NCBI GenBank assembly: GCA_963823655.1
Contig: CAWGMK010000004.1
Location: forward strand, 32,001 to 96,000
Direction of reading: 5' to 3'
Source of the DNA: an uncultured Bacillota bacterium
GTDB lineage: Bacteria > Bacillota > DTU025 > MWDF01
Length of the DNA: 64,000 nucleotides
Position numbers and translations under genes: made by a program. Numbering within the stretch: the first letter of the stretch is position 1; every line of letters starts with the position of its first letter. The notes beneath the pieces were generated by a model. It was given only the letters and a program-made list of their open reading frames with translations, was not told where the DNA came from and made no database searches. Of the stretch, positions 41,171 to 55,331 are shown piece after piece.

Positions 41171-42010
41171 CTACTTTCCACCTCTTCCCTGCGCCCGGGC
41201 AGCGAATGCCTCGGATACCAGGTTTAAAACCAGCACCAGGACCACAAGCACCAAAGCCGTGGCGAAGGCGCCATCTACCGATAAGCCCTCATGGGCCAAC
41301 ATATAAAGATGCATTGACAGAGTCCTTCCCGAATCCATAATCGATTTTGCGGCCATATCCGAAGAGCCCAGCGTGAACATCAAAGCTGCCGTCTCGCCGA
41401 CTACCCTTCCGATCGCAAGGACTACTCCCGACATGATCCCAGGGATCGCGGGCCTCAGGACTACGCCTTTTATCGACTGCCACTTGGTGGCGCCAAGAGC
41501 CAGGCTTCCCTCCCTGAATGAGCGCGGCACCGACTTGAGCGCCTCCTCCGTGGTCCTCATTATCGTCGGCAGCACTACAATGGAGGCTGTCAGCGCGCCG
41601 TTCGCCAAAGACCAGCCCAGGCCCAGGAGCTTCCCGAAGAAGACGAGGCCGAAGAGCCCGAAGACTATGGACGGCACGCTTGCCAGGTTCTCCGTCGCCG
41701 TCCTGATCAGCTTCACTACCAGGCCTTCTTTTGTGTATTCGTTCAGGTAGATGGCGGCCATTATGCCAAGAGGCAGGGCCACCACCAGCGTAAGCACAAC
41801 CAGATAAATGGTGTTTAGCATCATGGGCCATAGGCCGACTGCCAGGACGTCGTCCGGGTCGCCCGCTATAAGCTTCCAGTTGAGCGCGGGAAGCGCCCTT
41901 ACTGCGATATAGCCGATGATGACGATAAGTGACGCCACGGTAACCAGGGCAAGCGCCGTGATCAGGCCGAAGGCCAGCTTCTCCTGCGTTTTCCTTCTGT
42001 CTGCCATCAC
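41171..42010 (-). CDS. pstA: Phosphate ABC transporter permease PstA
   Basis: VPSIVFGLFG, EGSLALGATKWQ, GRVVGETAA. Confidence 0.92.
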   Translation of the reverse strand: MMADRRKTQEKLAFGLITALALVTVASLIVIIGYIAVRALPALNWKLIAGDPDDVLAVGLWPMMLNTIYLVVLTLVVALPLGIMAAIYLNEYTKEGLVVKLIRTATENLASVPSIVFGLFGLVFFGKLLGLGWSLANGALTASIVVLPTIMRTTEEALKSVPRSFREGSLALGATKWQSIKGVVLRPAIPGIMSGVVLAIGRVVGETAALMFTLGSSDMAAKSIMDSGRTLSMHLYMLAHEGLSVDGAFATALVLVVLVLVLNLVSEAFAARAQGRGGK

Positions 42011-42949
42011 CTGCGCCCCCTTCCTGAAACCGCCCTCACGGCGAGGTTTATGATCATGATGAAGACGAACAGGACGGCAGCTGCCGCAAACAATGCCGAA
42101 TAGTGCAGGGTGCCAGGCCTAACATAGCCCATCTCAAGAGCGATGTTCACCGTAAGCGTCCTAACTGCCGATAGAATGCCAGACGGCATGCTCGGTATGT
42201 TTCCGGCAACTAGTATCACTGCCATCGTCTCACCGACCGCCCTGCCTACTGCAAGCACGATTGAGGCCATGATCCCCGACTTTGGCGGCGGGAAGCAGAA
42301 CCTTGAAGAGCGTCTGGAACCTGGTTGCGCCCAAAGCCAGGCTCGCATGCCTGTAATCCTCAGGCACTGCCCTGATGGCGGCCTCCGAGACGCTTATTAT
42401 CGTCGGCAAAATCATGATTGCCAGCACAAGCGACGCGGAAAGCACGCTCATTCCCGTGCCCCCTATGAGCCTCACCGCCGGCACTATCACCATAAGGCCG
42501 AAGAAGCCGTAAACAACAGAGGGAATGCCCGCTAAAAGCCCCGCTGCCCTGCGCATAAGCGATTCTGCCCACTTGGGCGACAGTTCCGCGGCGAATATGG
42601 CGGACGCAAGCCCTATCGGCACTCCAATTAAAAGCGAAAGTGACGTCACAAGAAGGCTCCCGGTGATCATTGGAAGCAGCCCGAACTTCGGGTTCGACGC
42701 GGTGGGCCTCCATGACCTGCCGGTTATCATCTTGATTAGCCCCTGCTCTTTGATTGCCGGGTACGCCTCCTTGAAAACCATGGCAGTTATCAAGACAATG
42801 GCTGCCACCGAAAGGAAGGCACATATTGCCAGCAGATACTCCACCGGCCTGTCCTTCCTTCCGAAGAGGCTTCCTCTAAGGCGCCACCTATTCAATTCCG
42901 AAGGGGCCTTTTCACAGGCCCCCGGGCTAATGCCCATGTTATCTGGCAT
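42007..42949 (-). CDS. pstC: Phosphate ABC transporter permease PstC, frameshift near 42280
   Basis: LLAGIPSVVYGFFG, ASLALGAT. Second frame has GRAVGETMAV. Confidence 0.9.
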
Positions 42950-42967
42950 CGTTATGGCTTCCCTACC

Positions 42968-43804
42968 CTACTTCACTATGAAGGACTTGCTTATCAGGTA
43001 GTTTATTGCTTCCTTATCGGTTAGGCAGTACTCCAGGAAAGACTTGGCGGGTTCCTTGGCATCGCCCTTCGTCAGGAGCAGGAAGGGCCTTGCTATCTTA
43101 TAGGTGCCCTTGGCGAGGTTTTCCATATTGGCCACCACTGAGTCTATGCTGAGCGCATTGACCTTGTAGCTTGCCACTGTCCCGAGCGATATGTAGCCAA
43201 TGGCGTTCTTGTCCCCTGATACTGCCTGCGCCAGCTGGCCTGTCGAGTTCATGACTGCCGCGTAGATCTCCTCGTCGATTACAAGCTGGGCTCCCTTGGA
43301 GTCCTTGCCCAGGACCAGCTCCTCAAAGGCTCCCCTGGTGCCCGATGTGGATTCTCTTGTGTAGAGGTTGATCTTGCCCGCGTTTCCGCCAACTGCCTTC
43401 CAATCGGTTATCTTGCCGAGGAATATGTCCCTGGCCTGGGCCTTCGTCAGGCCCTTTACCGGGTTCGACTGGCTTGTGATTATCGCTATGCCGTCTATGC
43501 AAAGCGTATATTCCTTGAGCGATTTCTCCTCGTCCTTAAGCTCCCTGGACGACATGCCGATGTCGGCTGTGCCCTGCATCGCGGCCTCAATCCCCATGCC
43601 GGAGCCAATGGATTCTATTGTGATCTTGACGCCGGGGTTCTTCGCCATGAAAAGCTTCGCCAGGGCCTCCACGTACGGGGCCACTGAAGTGGATCCTGCA
43701 ATTGTGAGTTTGCCTGAAAGTGCTGCGGCAGATGCCGTGCCGGCAAGTAAAAGCGCCATCAGCGATATGACTGCAACTAGGGTGATTGTCCTTCTAATTC
43801 TCAT
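42968..43804 (-). CDS. pstS: Phosphate-binding protein PstS
   Basis: AGSTSV, GSGMG, DIGMSSRELK, RESTSGTRGAF, YKIARPF. Signal peptide has no lipobox. Confidence 0.92.
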   Translation of the reverse strand: MRIRRTITLVAVISLMALLLAGTASAAALSGKLTIAGSTSVAPYVEALAKLFMAKNPGVKITIESIGSGMGIEAAMQGTADIGMSSRELKDEEKSLKEYTLCIDGIAIITSQSNPVKGLTKAQARDIFLGKITDWKAVGGNAGKINLYTRESTSGTRGAFEELVLGKDSKGAQLVIDEEIYAAVMNSTGQLAQAVSGDKNAIGYISLGTVASYKVNALSIDSVVANMENLAKGTYKIARPFLLLTKGDAKEPAKSFLEYCLTDKEAINYLISKSFIVK

Positions 43805-43863
43805 CGATTTACCTCCTGTAATTTGACTCTTACATTTCCTTCAATTACAGGATAGCAACCGAT

Positions 43864-43902
43864 TGTTATGCGCAAATTATGTGAATGTTAAGTAATTGTT
43901 AA
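43864..43902 (-). promoter_or_regulatory. Pho box (PhoP/PhoB binding site) upstream of pstS
   Basis: Minus strand TTAACA-N5-TTAACA-N5-ATAATT-N5-ATAACA: four hexamers at an 11-bp period, matching the B. subtilis TT(A/T/C)ACA Pho box. Confidence 0.8.
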
Positions 43903-45611
43903 GCTTTTCCCCGCTTCAGCGGCAGGATGATTGAGAACGTGCTGCCGACGCCGGGCGCACTTTCGACCATCGCCCGCCCTCCCATTGAAATGGCTATGTG
44001 CTTGACGATGGAAAGGCCCAGCCCGGTGCCCCCCAAGCTGCCTTGACCTGCTCGTGTCGACCCTGTAGAACCTCTCGAACACCCTCGCCTGGTCCTCCTT
44101 GGATATGCCTATCCCATTATCCGATACTTCAAGCACCGCGTCAGGGCCCCTTCTAAAGGCCCTGATCTTGACCCATCCGCCGCTTTCCGTATATTTCACG
44201 GCATTGTCGGCAAGGTTCACCGCAAGCCTTCTTAGAGTGGCCCCGTCCGCATCCAGGATGAGGCCGTCCTCCGCCTCGATAGTCAGCGCGATATCCTTGC
44301 CAGCAGCAATAGGCGATATCATCTCTGCTGCGAAGCGTACTTCCTGCGCCAGGTCCGACTCCCCTTCCTGTACGCCCACGGATTCAATAGTCGAAAGCGC
44401 GATGATGTCGTCTACCAGCTTGGACATCCTGTCGGATTCCGAAACCACCGTCGCGAGGTACTTATCCCTTATGGCAGCATCGTCCTCGCCCATAAGGCTC
44501 TCAGCGAAGCCCCTTATCGAAGTAAGAGGCGTCTTCAGCTCGTGCGTTACATTGGCCACGAACTCGCTTCTCATCTTTTCGATCTTCCTTGACCCGCTTA
44601 TGTCCCTGATGCTTGCGACAGCGCCTGACAGGACGCCGTCCTCCCGGATTACGGGGCTTGCCACGATTGCGATCGGCGGGCCTCCCAGCTGGTCCTCGCA
44701 CTCCACAGGAATTCTCTCCTGCATGGCTTTTCTTAAGGTAGCCTCAAGCCTTGTGGACCTTATGCTTTCCAGTATATGTTCCCCATATTTAGCCTCGCCC
44801 TTCATCCCGGTAAGGAAGACTGCCTTATCGTTCATGAGGGTCAGATGCATGTCTGCATCGACGAAGACAATGCCGTCGGAAATCGAGGAGAGTATGCCTG
44901 TAAGCTGGGCCTTCTGCCCGGTCAGTCCCGTTATCGTGGAGGAGAGCCTGTCCGCCATCGAGTTGAAGGAGCTCGCAAGCCTTCCTTCAGGTCCGGATTC
45001 TGCCGATCCCATCCTCATCGCGAAGTCGCCGGCCGCGTACTTCTCGGAAAGGGCCGCCATCATGTCCATTTTCGCCGAAATGCCGCCGGAGATCCTGTAA
45101 GCCGCGATTATGCCAAGCACACCAAGCAGCGCGGTTATGCCCATTATCAGGCCAGTCTCCGCCTTCGCCGCCGCCATGGCCGATAGGAGCGGCACAGAGA
45201 GCCTTAGAATGCCCCCGTCCTCCATTTGACGGCGTAATAAAGGCTTGTGGCCCCTGCGGTGTCCGAAAGCCTTGTAGCCCAGCCCTCGCCCTTCTTCAGG
45301 GCATCTTGCACCTCGGGCCTGTATAGATGGTTTTCCATGGTAACGGGCAAAAAATCCGAGTCGGCAAGCACCGACCCGTCCTGTCCGATCATTGTGGCCC
45401 TGATCCCCAATTCTGCCTTCACGGCAGCCGCCGCGCTCTGCGGCTCCATCTGTGCGAAATATCGCTCATTTGCCACCGCGGAGAATGACTTCAGGTTCTG
45501 CAGCGCCGATGCCCTGATAGAGTCAGAAGACAGCCTCAGCGCCATGTAGCTTCCCGCAGCAATGCAGGCGAGCACCAGGACCGATATCCAAACGAAGGAC
45601 TTTCTTCTCAT
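43899..45611 (-). CDS. phoR: Sensor histidine kinase PhoR (frameshifts near 45220 and 44030)
   Basis: [14 protein letters not shown] and PAS domains, [37 protein letters not shown]. Confidence 0.9.
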
Positions 45612-46324
45612 TGTCTTTCCGCCTGCGGCGGGCTCATCCTGTAGCCTATGCCGCGAACCGTCTCTATCATGTCGGCAGCAGGAAAACCGATCTTCGATCT
45701 AAGATGGGTGATGTGCACATCCACAGTCCTCATGTCGCCGAAGTAGTCATAGCCCCACACTTCGCCAAGAAGCTTCTCCCTGGAGAAGGCAGTGCCCAGA
45801 TTCTGCGCCAAAAAAGAAAGCAGGTCGTACTCCTTCATGGTAAGGAAAAGCTCCCTGCCATCCGAGTACGCCCTTCTTGCGGACTTATCTATCCTTATGC
45901 TGCCAACTTCCAGCGTTGTGGCTGCAGCGGCATCTTCTATCTGCGGCATCGCCCTTCTTAAAAGTGCCCTGACCCTTGCCATCAGCTCGCTCATGCTAAA
46001 TGGCTTGGACATGTAGTCATCGGCGCCGATTTCAAGTCCGTACACCTTATCGGCGTCGGCGTTCCTGGCAGTGAGCATGATAACCGGCATCCTCGAAGTA
46101 TCCCTCGATGATCTGAGCCTGTGGAGCACTTCATGCCCGTCCATGACAGGCATCATAACGTCGAGTATGACCAAATCGGGCTTATGCTCGTCGATTGCGG
46201 CAATTGCCGCGGCCCCGTCGACCGCCTCCACAACTTCGTATCCCGATTTGCCAAGGCTGTAGGTGAGGAGCCTTCTTATGCTCTCCTCATCATCTACTAC
46301 CAGTACTCTCTGCTTGTCCTGCAC
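45608..46324 (-). CDS. phoP: Response regulator PhoB/PhoP (OmpR family)
   Basis: GTG start after CAGGAGG. VLVVDDE, ILDVMMP, GADDYMSKPF, RTVDVHI, TVRGIGY. Confidence 0.9.
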   Translation of the reverse strand: MQDKQRVLVVDDEESIRRLLTYSLGKSGYEVVEAVDGAAAIAAIDEHKPDLVILDVMMPVMDGHEVLHRLRSSRDTSRMPVIMLTARNADADKVYGLEIGADDYMSKPFSMSELMARVRALLRRAMPQIEDAAAATTLEVGSIRIDKSARRAYSDGRELFLTMKEYDLLSFLAQNLGTAFSREKLLGEVWGYDYFGDMRTVDVHITHLRSKIGFPAADMIETVRGIGYRMSPPQAERQ

Positions 46325-46361
46325 AAAAACCTCCTGAAGGCCCTTATCACAGTCAATAATT

Positions 46362-47549
46362 TCAGTCGCCGGACTTGAACTGGTTCCTTCCCGCATCCTT
46401 GGCGAACTGCAGGGCGCTCTCAGCCCTTTCAAGCAAGCCCTCTATCTTATCGTCCTCGGCGGGCTTGGCCGTCGCAACTCCTATGGACACGGTCACGCAG
46501 TCGCCGTCCCTGGTCTTGCCGCACAGCATATCGCTCTTCCTAACGCCATCCATTATCGACTGTGCGATGGCTTCTGCCCCTTCGGGGGTGGTGTCCGGCA
46601 GAAGCAGCAGGAACTCGTCCCCGCAGTATCTTGATCCAGGTTCATTCGTGCACCTGGTAATCACATCGGAGCCCCTTCTTACGGCCGACTTCAATACTTC
46701 GGCCACAGCCCTGATGCACTCATCCCCCATCGCATGCCCATACTTGTCGCTGAAGCTTTTAAGCTGGTCGATATCGACAAGCATCAGGGATATGGTGCCT
46801 TTGTTCCTCTTGGTCCTCGCCCATTCGTGCTCGAGGAGCGCATTGGTCCTCCTCTTGCTCAAAAGCCCGGTCAGCGGGTCAATCTCCGACTCCGACCTTA
46901 CCGCCGTCTTCGATACTTCCTGCTTAAAGCGGAAGGCGAACGCCTCCACCCTGTTGACATAAATAAGCCGGGAGATCAGGTATGTAAGGACTGTCGCGGC
47001 GGCCGCATCGATCGCGCTGAAGATCACCTGCTTGGAATCCGCCCCCATTCCGTATGTCGCAAGCACAAAGGCGACCGAGCTGATTATTGCCGCAATGAGC
47101 AGCCTCCACGGTTTCAGCCTCGGGACAAGCAGAAGGGAGAGCAAACCGAACACGAAGATCACCGAGCGTACCGGCATTTGCGGCGCCGTTGCGATTACTA
47201 TCGAGTAGACCACTATGAGGCCGCTTGCGAAGAAGTCCGCGCCCGTCCTCCTTCCGCTATTCCGGTACTCCCCGATAAGGCTTCTCAAATAGAAGTACAC
47301 GATAAGCAGGAGCGCCCCTGAAAGGCCGACGATGAGCGCAAGGTATCCTGCGCTTGCCCCCTTATAGGAAGCATCAAGCCCTACGATCATGTAAAGGGCG
47401 GAGAGCACGCACAGCACGCCGCCGAAAATGAGCATGAGCGGCGCCACTTTCTTCAGATACCACTCGTAATAGTGGTTCTCGAATGCCTCTGCCATGGACT
47501 TTGTACCGAATTGCGCGCCTGGTCTCGGGTCGAGCTCTTTCGCTTCCAT
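46362..47549 (-). CDS. Membrane-bound GGDEF-domain protein (variant CGDEF)
   Basis: About 5-6 TM helices, DPLTGL, VDIDQLK..DKYGH..GD, RYCGDEF, VTVSIG, AKDAGRN. Confidence 0.85.
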   Translation of the reverse strand: MEAKELDPRPGAQFGTKSMAEAFENHYYEWYLKKVAPLMLIFGGVLCVLSALYMIVGLDASYKGASAGYLALIVGLSGALLLIVYFYLRSLIGEYRNSGRRTGADFFASGLIVVYSIVIATAPQMPVRSVIFVFGLLSLLLVPRLKPWRLLIAAIISSVAFVLATYGMGADSKQVIFSAIDAAAATVLTYLISRLIYVNRVEAFAFRFKQEVSKTAVRSESEIDPLTGLLSKRRTNALLEHEWARTKRNKGTISLMLVDIDQLKSFSDKYGHAMGDECIRAVAEVLKSAVRRGSDVITRCTNEPGSRYCGDEFLLLLPDTTPEGAEAIAQSIMDGVRKSDMLCGKTRDGDCVTVSIGVATAKPAEDDKIEGLLERAESALQFAKDAGRNQFKSGD

Positions 47550-47629
47550 GCTTTTCACCCCGCAAAATCGAATTTGACGGAGCATGGGCCGGTTATGCCG
47601 GTAGCCGGCCCCTTGCCGCAAAGCAGAAA

Positions 47630-49082
47630 TTATACCCTTCGCCTCTCCAGTTCCTCTTTCAGAAGCTCATTTGCCTTCTTGGGGTTAGCGCGCCCCCTGG
47701 TGGCCTTCATAAGCCCGCCTACAAGGAAGGTAAGCGCGTTCTCCTTGCCGTTTAGGTAATCGGCGCACGGCCCGGGGTTTGCATCCAGCACGGCGACTGC
47801 GGCCTTCCTGAGCTCGTCGTCCCCGCTGATCTGCCCTAAGCCCTTGGCCTGCACTATGCCCTTCGGGCTCCCGCCGCAGTTGAAAGCCTCCGAGAAGACC
47901 TCCTTTGCGGTCTTGCCGTTGATCTCACCGTTTGCCAGCATGCCCAGAAGCTCTGCCATGCCGTCCGGGCCCAGCTTGCATGCCGATATCTCAGTGCCGG
48001 AGGCGTTCATTGCAGCCGCCAGCTCGCCTGTAATCCAGTTGGCGAGCATCTTCGCATCGGCGCCCAGCCTTCACTGCCCTTTCGAAGTAGTCCGAAAGCG
48101 CCGCGTCCTCCGAAATCAGGTAGGCTTCGTTCGAACCAAGGCCGTTTTCGGCCATGTACCTGAGCTTCTTCTGGTCCGGCAGCTCGGGTATGGTTGCCTT
48201 GACCCTTGCTATCCACTCATCGTCGATATTCAAAGTCACAAGGTCAGGCTCGGGGAAGTACCTGTAGTCGTGAGCCTGCTCCTTGGACCTCATGAACACG
48301 GTCTCCGACTTGGCATCGTCCCAGTGCCTGGTCTCGCGCCTGACTTTTCCTCCGGCCTCGTATACCGCGACCTGCCTTTTGGACTCGAACTCTATGGCCT
48401 TGTAGACAGACTTGAAGGAGGCGATGTTCTTCATCTCGGTCAGGGCCCAGAACTCGCTCGAGCCCGCGGGCCTTACAGAGATGTTCGCCTCGCAGCGCAT
48501 CGACCCCTCCTCCATCTTGACATCGGATACGCCTATTGCCAGCAAAACGCTTCTAAGCTTGGAGAGGTACGCCCTTGCCTCGTCAGCCGAACGCATGTCG
48601 GCCTCGGTGACGATCTCCATTAGGGGTATGCCGCACCTGTTGAAGTCTATCATCGAGCTTGCTGCGCTTGTTATATCGTCGCCGGCGTGGACCAGCTTGC
48701 CCGTCTCCTCTTCAAGGTGCACCCTTTTTATGCCGATGCGCTTGGTCCTGCCATCTACTTCTATATCCAGCCAGCCGTTCCTTCCGATCGGCATGTCATA
48801 TTGCGAAATCTGATAGGCTTTCGGAAGGTCGGGGTAGAAGTAATTCTTCCTGTCGAACTTGGTCCTGCCTGTTACCGTGCAGTTTAGGGCAAGCCCCGTC
48901 TTCATGCAGTACTCCACCGCCTTGCGGTTGAGCACGGGCAGCACGCCCGGCATTCCCAGGCACACCGGGCAGACTTGCGTATTGGGCGGCGCGCCGAAGT
49001 CCGTCTTGCATCCGCAAAAGACCTTTGATGAGGTCAAAAGCTCAGCGTGCACTTCTATTCCTACTACAGTCTCCCAGTTCAT
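47630..49082 (-). CDS. gatB: Asp/Glu-tRNA amidotransferase subunit B, frameshift near 48065
   Basis: [45 protein letters not shown]-terminal YqeY-like part is in the next frame. Confidence 0.95.
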
Positions 49083-50566
49083 TACCTTGCACCACCCTTC
49101 GGGACGGGCAGCTTCTCGACTACCCCTGCATGCCTCTCGACTCCGGACGCAAGCCTGAACAGCGTCTCCTCATCGAAGGCCCTTGCCGTCAGCTGCAGGC
49201 CGACTGGCATTCCGGAGGCCATGCCGCACGGCACGGAAAGGGCCGGAAGCCCTATTAGGTTCGCAGTGATCGTATATACATCGCTCATATACATCGAAAG
49301 GGGGTCTGCCGTCTTCTCGCCGAAGCGGAAAGCAACGCTTGGGGCCGTGGGCCCGGCTATCGCGTCGCATACCTGCAATGCCGCGTCGAACTCGTCCTTT
49401 AGCACGCGGCGCACTTTGAGCGCCTTGTTGTAGTAGGCGTCGTAGTATCCTGCCGAAAGGACGTATGTGCCCAGCATGATCCTCCTTTTGACCTCAGGGC
49501 CGAACCCGTGGCTGCGGCTCTTCTTCATGCAGGAGATGACATCCTCGGCGCTCCTGTCCCTGTAGCCGTACCTGATGCCGTCGAAGCGGGCGAGATTAGA
49601 GCTCGCCTCGGCGGTCGCCACCAGGTAATAGGCGGCAAGGCCCTTCATCGAGCTTGGAAGGCTGACCTCCACTATCTCTGCGCCCTCCGCTTCAAGCGCA
49701 TGCAGGGATTTGAGCACCTGATCCTTTACTTCTTCGTCAAGGCCGGGGCCGAAGTATTCCTTCGGAAGGCCGATCTTCATGCCCTTTATGCTCTTGCCGC
49801 AGGCCTGGACGACAGCCGGTGCGTCTTTGGGGGCCGATGTGCTCTCAAGCGGGTCGTAACCTGCAATCGACTCGAATACCAGGGCCGCGTCCTCGACGCT
49901 TCTGGCAAACGGGCCTATCTGGTCGAGCGAGGAGCCGAAGGCCACAAGCCCATACCTCGATACCCTTCCGTACGTGGGCTTAAGCCCGACTATGCCGCAG
50001 AAGGAGGCAGGCTGCCTGATGGAGCCGCCCGTGTCCGAACCGAGCGAGAACTGCGCGATGCCTGAGGCTACTACCGCAGCCGACCCTCCTGATGATCCGC
50101 CGGGCACGCGCTCCATGTCCCAGGGGTTCCTGGTGGGGCCGTATGCCGAATTCTCAGTGGAGGATCCCATGGCGTACTCGTCCATGTTCGCCTTGCCGAT
50201 GAGGACCGCGCCTTCAAGCTTCTTCGCCACTGTCGCATCATACGGCGGCACGAAGTCCTCCAGCATCTTTGAGCCGCAGGTCGTCCTCATGCCCTTCTTG
50301 CACATATTGTCCTTCAGGGCGTACGGCACGCCTGTCAGCGGCATGGGCTCTGCCCCGCCGCCCCTCGCCTCTTTCCAGGCCTTCTCAGCGGCGATCGCTG
50401 CGTTTCTTGCATCAGCCGTATCATATGCGTCAAGCAGCAGCGAGTGCATCAGGGGCTCAAGCTTTGCGGCCCTGCCCTTTGCGCTTTGGAGCGCCTCTAC
50501 CGGGCTCGCCTCGCCCTTCCTGAATGCGTCTGTGAGCTGCTTAATTCCCAGTTCGTAAAGTTCCAC
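49082..50566 (-). CDS. gatA: Asp/Glu-tRNA amidotransferase subunit A
   Basis: Amidase signature GGSSGGSAA...[12 protein letters not shown], and EVKRRIMLG. Confidence 0.97.
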   Translation of the reverse strand: MELYELGIKQLTDAFRKGEASPVEALQSAKGRAAKLEPLMHSLLLDAYDTADARNAAIAAEKAWKEARGGGAEPMPLTGVPYALKDNMCKKGMRTTCGSKMLEDFVPPYDATVAKKLEGAVLIGKANMDEYAMGSSTENSAYGPTRNPWDMERVPGGSSGGSAAVVASGIAQFSLGSDTGGSIRQPASFCGIVGLKPTYGRVSRYGLVAFGSSLDQIGPFARSVEDAALVFESIAGYDPLESTSAPKDAPAVVQACGKSIKGMKIGLPKEYFGPGLDEEVKDQVLKSLHALEAEGAEIVEVSLPSSMKGLAAYYLVATAEASSNLARFDGIRYGYRDRSAEDVISCMKKSRSHGFGPEVKRRIMLGTYVLSAGYYDAYYNKALKVRRVLKDEFDAALQVCDAIAGPTAPSVAFRFGEKTADPLSMYMSDVYTITANLIGLPALSVPCGMASGMPVGLQLTARAFDEETLFRLASGVERHAGVVEKLPVPKGGAR

Positions 50567-50577
50567 AGCAATGCCCC

Positions 50578-50879
50578 CTATTCCCCTTCAGAGTTGTCCA
50601 TGATGCGAGGCACAAGGAAGAACTCGCCCTTTTTCAAAGGCGCGTTCATAAGCGCCTCTTCATGGGTGAGCCCAAAGACCGGCACATCCTCGCGCATTAC
50701 GTTCGTAAGCTCCAGCGCGTGCGACAGAGGCTCGCGCCCCTCGGTATTGACCTCTGCGACCTGCTCCGCATATTTCAGTATGCTTCCCAGCTCCAGGGCG
50801 TACCTGTTTGCGTCCTCCTCGCCCACGTCCAGCCTTGCCAGCTCCGCTATCTTCATGACCTCATCCCTGGTAATTCCCA

Positions 50880-50880
<1 letters not shown>
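50578..50880 (-). CDS. gatC: Asp/Glu-tRNA amidotransferase subunit C
   Basis: IAELARL, NVMRED, NAP...FFLVPRI. Confidence 0.92.
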
Positions 50881-52956
<2,076 letters not shown>

Positions 52957-52989
52957 ACCCCCTCCGGCGAATAGTTCAAATCGCGCAGC

Positions 52990-55331
52990 CTATGCCTTGC
53001 TCAAAGGGGCGAAGCTGAGAGCCAGCCTCTTTATCCCCTGGCCGTCGAACGCAACCGTTACTACAGTATCTCCCGCAGTCTTCGCGACGCTTACTACCGT
53101 GCCCTTGCCGAACACGGGATGCTTCACCTTGTCGCCGGCTTTGAAGCCCTTATACCCGCCGAGATCGCCCACGCCCTGCGCATTCCTGGCAACTCCGTTG
53201 CTGACGGGCCTTCCCGCCTGCGAGCCGTAATTGGGCTCCGAGCTTCTGCCGTATCCGCCCTGCCCCTGCGCCTGGCCCCCCACTCCCCACTTGCCGGAGG
53301 AGTAGTCCCTGCCGGGCGTTCGCCACATGGGAGAATCTCCCGGGATTAAGGCACTCGATTACATCCTGCGGCACTTCGCCCACGAATCTGGATAGCAAGT
53401 TGTTGGACGGCGTGCCGTAAAGCAGCCTGTATGCTGCGTTTATGAGGTAGAGCCTCTCCTTGGCCCTCGTCATGCCCACATAACAAAGGCGCCTCTCCTC
53501 CTCCAGCTGCTTCGGCTCATAAAGAGACCTTGCCAGAGGGAAGATGTTCTCCTCCATGCCTATCATGAACACCACAGGGAACTCCAGCCCCTTTGCCGAG
53601 TGCAGCGTCATGAGGCTGATGCTGTCCTCCGCGAAGTTCGTCCTGTCCAAATCGGTTAACAGCGCCACTTCTTCCAAGAAGGCATCGATGTTCCTGGGAT
53701 CGGGCTTCGAGCTCTCGCCCCAGCCATCAGGTGCGGGCCCGCCGTCTTCCAGAAGCTTGGCCGCGGCGTTCTGCCTGGCCTCGAACTCCTTTGATACTGA
53801 AAGCAGCTCGCGAAGGTTATCAAGCCTCGCCTCCGCCTCCAGGCTGTCGTCCGCCTTCAGCTCGGCGTAGTAGCCGGAATCCTGCAGTATGCGCTCTATG
53901 ACATCCCCAAGCCTGAGCACGCCTTTGTGCGCGATTAGGGAGTCTCCGAGCTTCACGAATGCGGCGACGAGCCTCTTGGACCTTTCGGCGCCCTTCTCCT
54001 CGGAGCCGAACTGCCTTGCGGCGTCCCACATCGATAAGCCCTGCTCACCGGAAAGCGCCCTAACCCTCTCCTCGGTCGTCTCGCCTATGCCGCGCCTTGG
54101 CACGTTGAGGATCCTGGCCAGCGCCACCGAGTCGTGCGGGTTCACTATGAAGCGCAAGTAGGCTAAGTACATCCTTGATCTCCCTGCGTTCGTAGAACTT
54201 GAGCCCGCCGATTATCCTGTAAGGGAAGTTGCTTTTTAAGAAGCGACTCCTCCACGATTCTTGACTGCGAGTTCATGCGGTAGAGCACTGCGAACTCAGA
54301 AAGCTTGCGCCCCTCGGATACAAGGAGCTTCTCTATCTCCCTGACTACGAAGGAGGCCTCCTCCCTCTCGCCGGGGGCGTTGAAAAGCAGCACCTTGGAA
54401 CCCTTGTCCCTCTCGGTCCAGAGGGTCTTCTTCTTGCGGCCGCGGTTGTTCGCGATGACGCCTGATGCCGCCTCTAAAATGTTGGCGGATGAGCGGTAGT
54501 TCTGCTCAAGCTTCACGACTTTTGCGTCCGGGTAGTCCTGCTCGAACTCCAGTATGTTGGTAGGGTCCGCTCCTCGCCAGGTGTATATCGACTGGTCGTC
54601 GTCGCCGACGACTGCGATGTTCCTATACTTGTCCGCGAGCATCTTTACCAGCATGTACTGGGCGTGGTTCGTGTCCTGGTACTCGTCTACCATGATGTAG
54701 CGGAACCTCTCCTGGTAACGGTCCAGCACCTCCGGCCTTTCAATGAACAGCCTCACCGTTTGCATTATGAGATCGTCGAAGTCCATGGAGCCGTTATCGA
54801 CCAGAAGCTGCTGATACTTCGCATATATGCCGGCGATGCTCTTCTGCCAGGCGTCCTTTGCCGCAAATTCGGCGGGCGTCAGAAGCTCGTTCTTGGCGTC
54901 CGAGATCATGCCCAGCACCGCGGCTGGCTTGTAGATGTCCTTGGACAGGTTAAGCTCGCGAAGCGCCCTGTTTACGGCCGCAAGCTGGTCGGATTCGTCG
55001 AAGATGGTGAACGAGCGGGGGTAGCCCAGAAGCTCCGCCTCGTTTCTCAATATCCTCACGCAGAAGGAGTGGAAAGTCGCAACCGTCACGTACCTGCCGT
55101 AATCGCCGGCGAGCTTCTCCACGCGGTTTCGCATCTCCTCCGCCGCCTTGTTGGTGAAAGTGACGGCAAGTATCGAAAACGGCGGTATGCCGTGGTCCGA
55201 ATCATGCTTGCTATGCGGTATGTCAAGACGCGGGTCTTGCCGCTTCCGGCGCCCGCAAGTATCAGAAGGGGCCCATCTACGTGACGGGCCGCCTCTATCT
55301 GTTTTGGATTAAGGCAATCCTCGCCTATCAA
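52990..55331 (-). CDS. pcrA: ATP-dependent DNA helicase PcrA/UvrD (three frameshifts)
   Basis: [52 protein letters not shown], and C-terminal Tudor-like HPVFGKG. Confidence 0.95.

Noticed and set aside
44099-45100. Long antisense ORFs (this one, 34724-35665, 17747-18472 and many others)
   Set aside because: They are shadow frames of GC-rich genes, rich in Ser/Pro/Ala, with no SD or domain motifs.
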